From contig NC_090602.1 of the NCBI RefSeq assembly GCF_000497125.1, forward strand, positions 682,001 to 746,000: DNA of 64,000 nt. The letters run 5' to 3'. Below, one piece after another: positions 1 to 13,425 of this stretch (positions are counted from its first letter, which is position 1; each line of letters starts with the position of its first letter). Position numbers and translations under genes: made by a program. The stretch is from Spironucleus salmonicida. Taxonomy: Eukaryota. Under the pieces are notes generated by a model, which saw only the letters and a program-made list of their open reading frames with translations, did not search any database and was not told the origin of the DNA.

Positions 1-560
1 ATTTTGCCTGCCCCTAGTTTACAGTCTTCTCTGGAAATGTTTCCAAAAACCGCGCCCAACATACTTTTCCACCTTCCCCTACGTTACTATGAATGTAGTC
101 ATACAGTTTTTACTCGTCTTCTACTGGCCATAAATTGATCATGTGGAGTGGGAAGTTATAATTATAAATATAAACATACCTAATGGTAGTCAAGAAAAAC
201 CGTTTCCAACTTCCTTGACGAAAGAATTAAATATAATATAGAATGAAGGAAATAAAATGGAATGTAACTTACTTAAAATATAATTTGCGCCAAGAATTAG
301 TATCATTCGTTTTAACAGCATAATCGCGGTATAGGTTCAAGAAACTGTTTAAATTATGGTAAAACTAAGGCACAAACACATAACTACAGTTAAATATTGG
401 TATTATAATAAACTTAAATGCGGCAAAAAATTATCTCGTAGTTATAGTCATGAATATTAATACTCAATATACATATAAACTTTTTAGTTTACGTACAATA
501 TATGAAAATAATCCTTAATATTGCAATAATGCGCAATAAGTGATAACAAAAGTTAAAAGC

Positions 561-1478
561 TCATTTCGCTATGATAGTACCTACTTAGCCTTCAAGAGCT
601 TTCACAGCATCATTTAAGCTAGTAATAATGGCTTTACCACCAAAGTTAGCAAACTCAAGTGCAGCAGCTACCTTAGGGCCCATTGAACCTGCCTTAAAAT
701 GACCTTCTGCTTATAATGCTAACATTTTTTCATATGATATCTTACCGATTTAGGTTTCATTGGGTTGTTTATAATTAATACAAGCATTCGTAACATCAGT
801 GAGGATCATAAGGACATCAGCCTTAAGATCACGAGCCAGCAGAGAAGTAGCTAAGTCTTTATCAATTACAGCATCTACACCAGCAATTTAACCAGCTTTT
901 TCGATTACAGGTACACCTCCTCCATTAGTACAAATAACAAGGGCTCCTGAATCGCTTAATTACTTGATAACCGCTGTCTCTAATATTTTCTAAGGACGAG
1001 GACTAGGAACTACTACTCTGTATCCTCTACCAGCATCTTCTTTGACTTTCTTTCCCTCACTAATCAGTTTGTCCGCTTCTTCTTTTGAGTAAAAGCGACC
1101 AACTGGTTTGGTAGGATTTTCAAAAGCAGGATCATTTATATCCACAATAGTCTGTGTAAGAGTACAAACAATGTTCTTATCCAATCCCAATACATTACGC
1201 ATACATTAGGTCATCCAATAACCAATAAGACCTTAGCTCATGGCACCACAACAGAATAAAGGCATTTCAGGAGAAATTGATGCAGAATTTTAATTTTAGA
1301 GAAGAATAGCACCTACTTGAGGACCGTTACCAGAAGTAAGTATAACATCATGACCAAGTGCTATTATTTTAGCAATAGATTCGGAAGCAGTTCTGACATT
1401 TTCGTATTACACTTCATGAGTACCAACCTATCCCGGTTGCTACATCGCATTACCACCAACTGCGATTACTATCTTCAT
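561..1478 (-). CDS. arcC: Carbamate kinase (arginine dihydrolase pathway), 305 aa
   Basis: Table-6 [67 protein letters not shown]; in-frame TAA/TAG fall at Gln-compatible positions; ends in TGA. Confidence 0.95.
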
Positions 1479-2003
1479 TTGTGAATCAGTAAAAGATTTG
1501 AAGACACAATAAATATTATATGGTGAAATAAAATTATAATTTTGATTTATTGCAATATTACTTCTCTATCGGCGAAATTATTGTATAGATTATGATAAAA
1601 GCGACATATAAATCATTTACTCACCATTATGAACGGAAATAGACTCTATCTATACCCAATAAATTTTTCATTCTTAAATAATATTTTGTTCTAAGTTAGT
1701 AAAAATTTACCCAACTTTAATTATTATACTCGAAACCTCAATTTTCAGCATAACCCGAAACCTCCCAGTTTTTCATTTTTAGAACTCCCGCGCTTACACA
1801 AGCCTGCAACATCACATTCACCACCCTCCTATCCCCCTCCAAACTTTAGTTTCCAGCAAATTCCCCCACCCAAATATACATTATTATATATTTATACAAC
1901 TATTTTCTCAATATTAAAAACGCTCCAAAAACCGAATTAAAATTTGAAACTGTACATTTCATTCATTATTTCACCCGTAATTCAAACTATTCCATTTTTA
2001 AAA

Positions 2004-2207
2004 ATGTTCGCAGCCTGCCTGAAGCTCAGAAAACCCACCCAGCTCATGGACCCCTACGGAGACAACATTTCGCCGCATTTGGGCTCCCAAAAAGAGCATT
2101 CAGAGGACTCGGCGCTAGACCCAATTTTCTGCTCCTGCCTGAGCGGCCTCGAGCGCAGCGGCTCGGTCGTCAACGGCAGCTACAGCATAATCCAGCAAAT
2201 CATGTGA
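2004..2207 (+). CDS. Small hypothetical protein, 67 aa
   Basis: ATG after an A-rich tract, coding-like composition, TGA stop; no family recognised. Confidence 0.5.
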   Translation: MFAACLKLRKPTQLMDPYGDNISPHLGSQKEHSEDSALDPIFCSCLSGLERSGSVVNGSYSIIQQIM

Positions 2208-2219
2208 GCGAAGCACAAA

Positions 2220-3386
2220 TCACATCCCGGGGGGCCCGATTTCCTGCGCGGCCGACTGATTCAGTTTCTTCAGTTCTAAAATCTCGTGTACTTGAAGGTC
2301 ACATTCACACTTCAAGTTTACGAGAAATTCGGCCTGCGAACTGCATTTTTGAGCGATTTGGAGAGCGTTTTTTTGCTCGAAATCCCGCAGGCTCTGGAGC
2401 TCAAAACAGCGCGTTTTGTAGCTTTCGAGCTCCAGAATGCACGAATCGGTGAGTTCCGTGAGGCTCAAATTCTTCGTTTTTTCTGTCTAAAGGCTCTAAA
2501 TTAGGGCGGTGCGCTCCTCTAAATGGCGCTCTATCGCCGTCTGCTTCTTCGCTAGGCTCGTGAAGTACTCATCCTGCTGAAAGCTCAGCTGGTGCTATAA
2601 GTGATTCACGTGCTATTGTAGCTCTACGAGTGATTTGCGCATTTCGTGATTGTGCAGAATTTGGAGATTTATGTCGTTTTACTGCGTTGAAAATTTCGAA
2701 TTTAGAGCGTTTTTGGCGAGTTTCAGGCAGCTGTTGCGTTTTTACAGCTCGGATTTATCGCCGACAAGCTCTGTGTTGTCGCGTTTCAGCTGCTGTGAAA
2801 GGGCGACTGCGATTTTAAATTCGGCTTTTAGCTGATCGAAATCTGCTTAAATTGTGGTTAATTGCTGCGCCAGGGTATCCTGGGCGTCCAACTGCTCTAG
2901 ATTGCTCATTCGCAGCTCGGAATCGTTGATATTCTCGCATGCGGTCGTAGAATTAATTTGTTATTATTATATGATTATATTACATATATCTAAAAACCCC
3001 TTTATTTTAGCGTTGTAAAACGCTCTCTTGCTGTGGCGATTTTCGTAGGGCAGCAGGACCTCCACTACGTGTAAATGGCCGTTTTGCGCGGCTAGCTCCA
3101 GGGCGCTAATTCCGTTTCTGAGCATGTTCGACTCGTGTTTGGCAAGGCGTTCCACAGCCTCCAGACAGCCTTTTTGCGCGGCGATCATCAAGGCCGTGTT
3201 ACCGTTTTTCGTTAAAATTCTGGCGTGGAAAATGAAATTTGAAATAACATTTGACGAATTGTGGAGAGCCGCAAAATGGAGCGGGGTGAGGCCGTTAGGG
3301 AGGAGCTAGGTGAAGAGAGGGGCAAATACGTGGAAGTTTTACGGGTCGTTTTGCTCGATTTGCGACATGAACTGAGAGAGTGACAT
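2220..3386 (-). CDS. Ankyrin-repeat plus coiled-coil protein (Giardia Protein 21.1-like architecture), 388 aa
   Basis: GLTPLHFAA, GNTALMIAAQKG and GISALELAAQNGHLHVVEVLL repeats, then a Q/E/L-rich coil; one frame joins track ORFs 2967-3191 and 2220-2468. Confidence 0.85.
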
Positions 3387-3540
3387 TTATTAATTTGGAA
3401 GGAAATTATGTAATCTACTTAATAGAATATAATAATATAAAAAGTTTCTTAGTTTCTGGTAATATATAATTGAAAATTTCTGGTTGGTATCGGCACGTTA
3501 AAATTATGGGCGTAACAGGCAGAAAGTGGAGAAGAAGGGT

Positions 3541-4308
3541 ATGTTCTGCTACTTCTGCTACAGCATGGGGCAGCTACTCCAGTTCCACTTCAAGCTGCTG
3601 CAAACCGGCAGCCTAACGAAGGAAGACCTGGGGAGCCGGGAGCACAACTTCCAGTACACGGCAATGTACAACAAGTTCAGCGTAAAAGCGAACTTTTTGG
3701 AGGTCCGCAAGAATGCGAAGTGCGGAAGCCTGCTTTGGCGGATGCTCGCATTTCTGAAAGTAGTGGAAGCAAAGGCGAAAGAGCTGAAAACGATAGGAGA
3801 ATTAGAGAAATATTTTAGGGAGCAACTGCTCAAGCTCGACGGATAGTCGATTGTTGATATTGTCAGTCCGGTCCTGCCTGCTCTGGATGACGATGAGTCT
3901 TAGAACTCGAACTCTGATCGATTTGCACCATTTTTCAAGCCAGGATGGGACAAGTAGGAGGTAGAGAAAATGGTGCGCGTGATGGGGGTGCTGGCCCCCG
4001 CAGACTGCGTGGTTCCCTACCTGTGCGACCTGTACGCGCTCCGAACGGGTGCGGAGTTCGTGGTGAACAACACTAGCACGGTGGAGCAGTGGAAGAAGGA
4101 TAACACGGCGTACCTCATGCAGACGTAGAAGAAGCTGCTGCTGACCTGCGGCAGCTCGAAGGCCACCGCACCGATCCAGATGCATCCCGCGAAGCTGGAG
4201 CCGGGTGTGGATCCACTGGAGCCGCGGAATACCGGGGACGTGGATATAAAGACGGTACAGAAGGAGGCGTTCGCCCAGGTAGCACAGGTACAGGAGGCTG
4301 TGAAATGA
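3541..4308 (+). pseudogene. 5'-truncated copy of the DHHC gene (C-terminal 255 aa, no catalytic domain); may be translated from a junction ATG
   Basis: Mirrors 7379-8145; ATG at 3541 replaces the CTG of the full copy. Confidence 0.7.
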
Positions 4309-5491
4309 GTTTTACTTTTCTTGGCTGCACAGACGCTCTCACCTCCAGGGCCCACCACATGAAAACCGGGTCACCAGGGCTATCAGCTGATGTAAGTTTC
4401 GGGATGCGCTCCGATAGATTCCCTGTCTGGAGAGGCCTACGGGAAAAAGCTGTGTTAGTAGAATGCCCACGTTCCTGGGACTTCGACGCGCTATGATTCG
4501 CCGTTGGAGTGTTTTACTTCTTTCCGGTACTAGTTTAACATTTTATTGGTCCCATACTTTGCAATAGTACAGTGATTATACTACTAACCTAACCAAAATG
4601 ACTCATGTACTTAGCGGTTTTCCATCCAGTGTTTATTTTAATAATGGACGCAGAAAGAGCACGTTCTGGTTAGTTAGAAGAACATGAGATCGATGCAATG
4701 AATACCACGTCGGTTTACATTGATTTAGGATGCAGACAAGAGAAAGGGGTCAACAATGTAAAGCACTGGTCTGGTGAAATATATTATGCCGCATGAGTGA
4801 TATTTTACTATAATTATTAACTATTTATTAGCGTAATACACAGATGAGAGTTCATGTAAAAAGTAGTGTGGCTTTAAGCTAAGTTGAAAGTTATCAATAT
4901 ATCAAAATGTACTCTATCTATTAAATGAAAATATTTATTATATTTATTGTATAATAACAATGATAGTAGATATAATTATACTCAAATTAATAAGTAATAG
5001 TTTTACGCTGTATAGTGAAGAATATATCACCTGAATGCTACAACTAAAAGCTAAAAATATATATATTCAGCTTTAAGTTAAATATTCTATATTAAAATTT
5101 AAATCTACGAATTCAACACCTGTATTCTTGAGAAAGTTTACTTAAGTTTTATGCATGAAAAATGCATTAATTAAATTACTGATTATATTTAAGTGTATTT
5201 ATATTAGACTAAGATGATTAATTTGTGTAAAACTATCAATTGTGCTAATAATTATCTGGTAATTGGCGTAAAGTTTTCAAATTCTTCAATGAACGTATTA
5301 TTTTACGGGAACAGTAATACTAAAACTAATAGTATTATATTACAATATATAGTCAATTCTAAATACAGAATCTTCATATATAACACCATTATAACTGTAT
5401 CCCTGCCTTTCGGAAACCTACTAAAACCACAAAATCATATTGTTTATTATTACTATATATTTAAAATACTTGTCAACAACCTTTCTTCAAA

Positions 5492-5716
5492 ATGCAGGTA
5501 ATGAAAGCTAGATCCGCAACTAATACAAAGAGAAGGACCTTACCCCCGCTAAACCTATCAGCACCTAGGCTCTTTACTTTCGTCTCAGATCTTATAGCGA
5601 CACCTATAATGAGCCGTTCTCGATCTAAGTCACGAAGTTTAGATCTCTCAGATGACGAAGAGTGCAACTTTAGCGAGCAGGGGATACTTCTACTAAAGAA
5701 TTTTATTGTATAGTGA
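5492..5716 (+). CDS. Small protein (74 aa) of an LPP..TP..RS.S..SD.EE..F..QG family, IR1 left copy
   Basis: ORF ends TAG TGA; ungapped similarity to 25255-25464. Confidence 0.7.
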
Positions 5717-5970
5717 TTAATTTGGTTACGTTTTCGAGGTTTCAAATATTCTAGACTACAAAAAATCATTTTCCTCCAGCCAATGCTAACAGCAAATAAC
5801 TAGATTTGCCCGTAAGCTTTATTTAAATTATAATCTCAAGTATTGCAAGCAGTGTTACTATTATAATTATTTATATTTTAAAATTTGCTTTTAATTGTCA
5901 GCATTGGCTGGAGGAAAATGATTTTTTGTAGTCTAGAATATTTGAAATCTCGAAAACGTAACCAAATTAA

Positions 5971-6195
5971 TCACTATACAATAAAATTCTTTAGTAGAAG
6001 TATCCCCTGCTCGCTAAAGTTGCACTCTTCGTCATCTGAGAGATCTAAACTTCGTGACTTAGATCGAGAACGGCTCATTATAGGTGTCGCTATAAGATCT
6101 GAGACGAAAGTAAAGAGCCTAGGTGCTGATAGGTTTAGCGGGGGTAAGGTCCTTCTCTTTGTATTAGTTGCGGATCTAGCTTTCATTACCTGCAT
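5971..6195 (-). CDS. Small protein (74 aa), IR1 right copy
   Basis: Mirror of 5492-5716. Confidence 0.7.
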
Positions 6196-7378
6196 TTTGA
6201 AGAAAGGTTGTTGACAAGTATTTTAAATATATAGTAATAATAAACAATATGATTTTGTGGTTTTAGTAGGTTTCCGAAAGGCAGGGATACAGTTATAATG
6301 GTGTTATATATGAAGATTCTGTATTTAGAATTGACTATATATTGTAATATAATACTATTAGTTTTAGTATTACTGTTCCCGTAAAATAATACGTTCATTG
6401 AAGAATTTGAAAACTTTACGCCAATTACCAGATAATTATTAGCACAATTGATAGTTTTACACAAATTAATCATCTTAGTCTAATATAAATACACTTAAAT
6501 ATAATCAGTAATTTAATTAATGCATTTTTCATGCATAAAACTTAAGTAAACTTTCTCAAGAATACAGGTGTTGAATTCGTAGATTTAAATTTTAATATAG
6601 AATATTTAACTTAAAGCTGAATATATATATTTTTAGCTTTTAGTTGTAGCATTCAGGTGATATATTCTTCACTATACAGCGTAAAACTATTACTTATTAA
6701 TTTGAGTATAATTATATCTACTATCATTGTTATTATACAATAAATATAATAAATATTTTCATTTAATAGATAGAGTACATTTTGATATATTGATAACTTT
6801 CAACTTAGCTTAAAGCCACACTACTTTTTACATGAACTCTCATCTGTGTATTACGCTAATAAATAGTTAATAATTATAGTAAAATATCACTCATGCGGCA
6901 TAATATATTTCACCAGACCAGTGCTTTACATTGTTGACCCCTTTCTCTTGTCTGCATCCTAAATCAATGTAAACCGACGTGGTATTCATTGCATCGATCT
7001 CATGTTCTTCTAACTAACCAGAACGTGCTCTTTCTGCGTCCATTATTAAAATAAACACTGGATGGAAAACCGCTAAGTACATGAGTCATTTTGGTTAGGT
7101 TAGTAGTATAATCACTGTACTATTGCAAAGTATGGGACCAATAAAATGTTAAACTAGTACCGGAAAGAAGTAAAACACTCCAACGGCGAATCATAGCGCG
7201 TCGAAGTCCCAGGAACGTGGGCATTCTACTAACACAGCTTTTTCCCGTAGGCCTCTCCAGACAGGGAATCTATCGGAGCGCATCCCGAAACTTACATCAG
7301 CTGATAGCCCTGGTGACCCGGTTTTCATGTGGTGGGCCCTGGAGGTGAGAGCGTCTGTGCAGCCAAGAAAAGTAAAAC

Positions 7379-8830
7379 TCATTTCACAGCCTCCTGTACC
7401 TGTGCTACCTGGGCGAACGCCTCCTTCTGTACCGTCTTTATATCCACGTCCCCGGTATTCCGCGGCTCCAGTGGATCCACACCCGGCTCCAGCTTCGCGG
7501 GATGCATCTGGATCGGTGCGGTGGCCTTCGAGCTGCCGCAGGTCAGCAGCAGCTTCTTCTACGTCTGCATGAGGTACGCCGTGTTATCCTTCTTCCACTG
7601 CTCCACCGTGCTAGTGTTGTTCACCACGAACTCCGCACCCGTTCGGAGCGCGTACAGGTCGCACAGGTAGGGAACCACGCAGTCTGCGGGGGCCAGCACC
7701 CCCATCACGCGCACCATTTTCTCTACCTCCTACTTGTCCCATCCTGGCTTGAAAAATGGTGCAAATCGATCAGAGTTCGAGTTCTAAGACTCATCGTCAT
7801 CCAGAGCAGGCAGGACCGGACTGACAATATCAACAATCGACTATCCGTCGAGCTTGAGCAGTTGCTCCCTAAAATATTTCTCTAATTCTCCTATCGTTTT
7901 CAGCTCTTTCGCCTTTGCTTCCACTACTTTCAGAAATGCGAGCATCCGCCAAAGCAGGCTTCCGCACTTCGCATTCTTGCGGACCTCCAAAAAGTTCGCT
8001 TTTACGCTGAACTTGTTGTACATTGCCGTGTACTGGAAGTTGTGCTCCCGGCTCCCCAGGTCTTCCTTCGTTAGGCTGCCGGTTTGCAGCAGCTTGAAGT
8101 GGAACTGGAGTAGCTGCCCCATGCTGTAGCAGAAGTAGCAGAACAGGCCCATAACGACAAGCCCGCATGCGAACGCAACCCAAAGCTACCAGGTAGGTTA
8201 AGTCGTAAATATTTGTACCAGTGAAAATGCGATCTCCAAAATCGCAAAAAACGCACAAAATCCTATAAAAATAAGGATGTAGAAGTTCATTTTGTAGAAA
8301 TCCCAATGGTTCAGGAGGCCAATGTCGTGTCCAAGCCAGAAGCAATAATGATCATACCGTTGAATACAAAAATCTGAGCGGGATGAATGGGTTGAGCGCT
8401 GCGGCTTGAAAAACTTGCAGGTTTGGCAAAATCGCGAAGAGAGGCGATAAGAGAGTTTATTTATATGGAACGGTACTCTAGAAGCATGTGGCTACGTTAG
8501 AAACATATAAAATTGATTATCTGATTAGGTTTTTTCTAAATTTGGATATATATTCGCTTTAACAATTTAGGTAGAGTGAACAATAGACGGTACAATTCCA
8601 GGATCTATAATACCTGTTTTAATTGTTTGGTACACTGATAATATATATGTTAATGAAATTATGACATAAACTGGAATATTCATCGTGTATGGCACAAATG
8701 CGAACTATGCAAATGAAAAAAGTATTATGACTGGTACAGATAATAGCAGTACTGTAATCAATAGTTTTGAAGGTTATGGGCCTATAACGATTTTACCATC
8801 TCTGTAAATTGATAGTTTCCCAAGTTTCAT
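7379..8830 (-). CDS. DHHC-family protein S-acyltransferase (DHYC variant), 483 aa
   Basis: N-terminal TM segments, DPG motif, CQTCKFFKPQRSTHSSRSDFCIQRYDHYCFWLGHDIGLLNH, two further TMs, TKE motif. Confidence 0.9.
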
Positions 8831-9850
8831 ATTGAAAAGGTAAGTATGTATTTATTATTATATAATAAATTAATAAATAGATTAATCATTTTGTAGTATT
8901 CTAATTTAACTCATATATAATATATTATATATTTTTAAATAAAATTATTTATAAGATGGAAAACTAAATACAATTTGCGTGTTATACGGATGAATCGTCT
9001 GTTGATAATTTATCAAAAATTTAAATCAACATAAGATAGGTGTATACTAACTAACTCCCTTACTAAATCTAGATTATATAAATTTAATTATTGTTCGTAG
9101 ATAATATTTTTATATGTATTTGAAAGTAGGCACTCAAAATATTTTAGTATTTATTAACTAACAGATATTTGTAACAGAGAATTAATATCTAGAGTATAAA
9201 ATTTCAGTATAAAAAGTTTTGAACTCTAAGAATTACTTGGATATATACGAATGCTTTTTAAGTATAACAAATAAAATTATGTAATATTAAATAACTTATT
9301 TTTAGGATATGAAAGTTTTTACTCTTCTAAATTTTATTTATTGATATCTTCAGATTTCTTTCTCTGATTGTAGCTTATTAAAACTATCTACATAAAATAC
9401 TAATGATATCCCTTTTATTTTTAGTTTTTAATTAACTTATATCTTCACAGTACATATTGTGACGTCATTCAGAATGCTAGAAATACATTAAATATAATAC
9501 TATCAACTTATAGAAAATGTTAAATAAACCCAAGTCATTCCGATCGTAGCATTTAATAAAATTTTTATTAACTAAATTAATCAAAATATGAAGTAGATAT
9601 ATTATCACTAATGATTTACGAAGTATATGGGTTAATATCCGAAGTATCACTTTTAAAGTTACGGTAAGCCATCATGAGACGCTTTTATGACGCTTATTAC
9701 TGTTTACAAATATAGATCACTGAAAAGTAGATAAACTAGTGTCTAATTCTGAATAGAATCAGAAAAGTAAAATATTCAGTTATTTAAGTAATAACTAAAT
9801 TGTAAATTTCATCACGCAAGCGTTATCGTATAGTATAACTAGTAACACAG

Positions 9851-11497
9851 TCAAAGATCGTCGCTTAGGAGCATATTCTTGATTGCGGCTTTTGGCCTGG
9901 ATTTCAAAAGCTACTTGTGTTTCAAAATGGTGTAAATGATTAATGCAATCATTACTAAGGATACATTAAGTCCAAAGATAAAAATTTTCTTTTTTAGCCC
10001 TTAGTAATTCTCACTATAGTTTGAGGCAGAGTTCAGGGTGAAATCATTATCGTCATTTCGGAACGAAAAGCTGACGGCCGACTTCGACCTGTAGAGCTGG
10101 GCAAGTTTTGAGATGCATGCCAAATCCGAGCAGTAGACACACACCTCCTCCTGCTGGGTAGAGTAGCGCATCGCCTGCGAGAGCTGGTAGTCGTCAAAGG
10201 TGACAGTGAATGTGATTTCCGTCTCGTTCACGTACGGGCAGTGCTGGGAGCCTTCGTTCGCAGTGAATGTGCCGCAAATCGCGTCGCTGCGATACGTTCC
10301 GAAAACCCCCACCCAGCACGTGCTCCTAACGTCCGTGACCCTGACGGTAGAGTACAGCAAGAGGTTGCTGCCAGCGTCGTAAAAGTAGTAGTGCATCTAG
10401 ATTTCTAGCCGCGAGAGGTCGTATGTCTGCAGCCGCGAGAGCACCCCGGAGCACACACCGCCGTCCGCGCGGTCATCGCAAATAATGTTTCGGTTGATGA
10501 CCTAGAACGAGAAGCTCGTCTCGGAGAAGATAATGTTCTCCAGGTTTTCGCCGGTGGTCCTGTCAACGAACTCGTACCGTGCGGTGAAGCCGGTGCTGGT
10601 AGCTAGATAGGTTTCGTCCAGCTCCTTCGCGTTCGGCACGGGGTCGGCGGTAAGCGTGAACCGCTGCGCCCAGATGATGAACTGCGGGTCCTAGAACATT
10701 GTCGGCAGGGACTCGCTCTCCATGGAGTTGATGAGCACGGTTTGAACAACCGAGACACCCTCCGTCTCGAGTTTGAGGTAGAGCTTTATGTCCTCGTAGA
10801 AGTTCTGGATGTACTGCGAAAAGTCGTAGTCGAACGTTACCTCCACAAGATACCCGACGACCGTTTCTGTTATAATGGTATTCCCGTCCTCGTCGACAAG
10901 ATTTATGTCAATAACGTCCTCCGTTCCATCAATGCGGGTGAGCTTAATGGAGTACTCTGAAAAATCTACCCCAAACTCGGGGCACTCGACGGTGGCGTAG
11001 ATCTAGAGCTTCGCGCTCTTCGACGCCCAGAACATGTGCGAGCGCGTCGCATCGAAGCACTCCGCGAACTGGGCGTGCGCGATGAGGATCTTCCCGATTG
11101 GCAGCGACGTGGCCCGCGTCAGAGACTTCAACTGGACCTGCACGGCCGCTGTCTGCTAGATGAAGTCGCACTGCGTGTCGTTCCCGATAAGGGGGCAGTC
11201 GTAGCAGAGCTCCTTGGTGCGCTGGTAGTCGAAGTTCTGGAACTCGCCCCGGATCGTGTAGTCGGGCATGTTAGAGACCTGAATGTCCATGTAGACACCT
11301 GGCGGTAGCTGGGCGCAGTCTGGGTCGAATTCCATGTCGAATTCCACACAAAGCTGGCCACGGTCGATATTGGCCACCAGAACGCTGTTGCGCCTGTAGC
11401 AATTCTCCAAGACTCTAGGTGGGTACTCCCTTTGCTCGTTTGCTAGGATTTGCTCGGTCAGAATCATGAGTGCCGGCTGAAACAGTGCGACTATCAT
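9851..11497 (-). CDS. Type I membrane protein of unknown family, 548 aa, IR2 left copy
   Basis: Hydrophobic N-terminus, scattered Cys, C-terminal TM plus basic tail; TAG/TAA read-through joins the track ORFs. Confidence 0.85.
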
Positions 11498-12940
11498 TTT
11501 TTAGATAGTGCTAAACGATTGTCTGTATCCAGAGTGAATATAATACAATTATGGGGTCGCAAATTTTCTATGGCAAAATATTTTGAAAATGTAAAAAGTT
11601 GCAGGATTTCAGGCCTAAAGCAGCATCGTAAAATTAATTAAAATTATACAGCAGAAATGCACATTCCATTTAATGATGTTGGTAAAATATCTTCAATATC
11701 GCGTTAAAGTGGAAAAGCGTGATGCAGTGGCGGTTCGGTGAATATACTAATGTGGGTCAGATAAACCGAGTGCTCAAAAAGACATCATGCTGAGAATAGA
11801 TGTATAATAGTTAGGATATAATAAATAATATATCAAGATATTGGTATCGATTATTATATAATGGATAGTACATCGAACCATAAATGTATGAATGTCGTGC
11901 AATTGGAAAATATATACTGGCACTATCTCTATAAGACTCTGCATTTAGTCTTGCTATCGTATTAAAAGATTCGCAAATGCACAATGTAGCTTGTCTATAG
12001 TCTATTATCAAGCGTGCAAACTAATGAAATAGGTTATATTAATTATATAGCTAACTAATCTAAAACATTATAAGTTATATCTAAATTTGAAGTGCCATAT
12101 TTTGGATATAACTTTGTTCCTTAGCTATTAATTTTATAATAATAAATATGCGCATCGACAGATGTGGTATCATATTTATCTTGGTGCAATTTCTAGCATA
12201 TATCAAAAAATATCAAGTACAACTTATTAATAATCTAGGGTGGTGTTTCATTTTAGCTAATCGCTAACTTTTTAATTGAATGAAACTCCAAACCTTAGCG
12301 GACCAATAGAGAACCTGTTAGATAAGTTGGTTAAAATAAAATAGTATTAAGAAGTACATAATCAACTCGTTATTAATATCAAAAAATAACTCATTCTATA
12401 ATATCGAAATGTTTGCTATGATTGCACTAAAATATGTTCGCTAAGGATAAATTATATAATCGAAGCATTTACTAAGTAAGCTTTAGAATATAAGCTGTTA
12501 GTGGATATGATTTTATGAAATTGTACTTTACTGAATCATATTACTGCATAATATCACGGTAATACTTTCTTATAAACTTGCTACTCACTGAATACTTAAA
12601 ATAAACATAGAAGCAGTATTATGATAATATATTTTTGCTATTTCACTGCTTTATGTTATTTATAATATCACTATAGAGAAACTATTTTCACTGGTAGATT
12701 TTTAAAAGTTTACATTATATTAGGAAGAAATAATTAAGTTTCATGGTAATGGGCTAAGATAGCTAAATTAAGTTATATAACTATATAAGATACTAAAATT
12801 TTACTGACTATTTTTAGGGCATTGCACCTATCTCATTTGCTAATTTCTAAATATTTATTAAATACTACGAATCCGCCATGCTTTTAACTGTGTTATAACT
12901 TTACGTCAGCACCTCCATATTCATAGGTATGTAAAATACA

Positions 12941-13150
12941 TCACTACTACAATAAGCTCTGCACTACGGCAACGCCCTGGTCGGCGAAGTCGTACTCCTC
13001 GCCGTCAGAGAACTCCAGCGGCAGCACCTGCGAGAGGCTGCGCGTAACCAGGGGCGTGCTGATGGATGCCGATATGTACTCCAGCAGCTTGGCCTAGGAG
13101 CCCATCTTTGGGGGCAGCGAGGTGGAGGTCCGGTCCTGTGTCCCGCGCAT
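12941..13150 (-). CDS. Small protein (69 aa) of the same family as 5492-5716, IR2 left copy
   Basis: MRGTQDRTSTSLPPKMGSQAKLLEYISASISTPLVTRSLSQVLPLEFSDGEEYDFADQGVAVVQSLLQQ; high third-position GC. Confidence 0.7.
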
Positions 13151-13425
13151 TACTGATAGGGCGGGAACCACACTCGTATATACCCGAATATACTTATTTG
13201 TGTTTCAGACAGTTTTCCAGTTACACTATCACTCCAGTATCGTGGCAAATACTATACATACGGAAAACCGTGGCGGAAATGGTTGTCCGAGAAACCAGTT
13301 TCTGGAGGCGGAATTCAACTTAGTGGAAACTACATGTCTGGCGAGACATTGGCGCTGCGAGTTAAGAATGGTTGGCCTTTTTGCGAAATAGTTAATACTA
13401 GTGGTAACCAGCCGCCAACGGGGAC

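Larger units (their letters stand above)
3542..8145. repeat. Inverted repeat IR1: arms 3542-5791 and 5896-8145, spacer about 104 bp
   Basis: Mirror ORFs with constant coordinate sum 11687; few mismatches seen (e.g. 5739/5948, 5788/5899). Confidence 0.95.

Noticed and set aside
4305-4796. Frame interrupted by two TGA codons (selenoprotein or read-through?)
   Set aside because: No redox motif, homology or SECIS recognisable; competing frames are equally open
8956-9840. Short AT-rich table-6 ORFs (also at 17550-18200 and 55900-56350)
   Set aside because: With a single stop codon such frames arise by chance; no motif support
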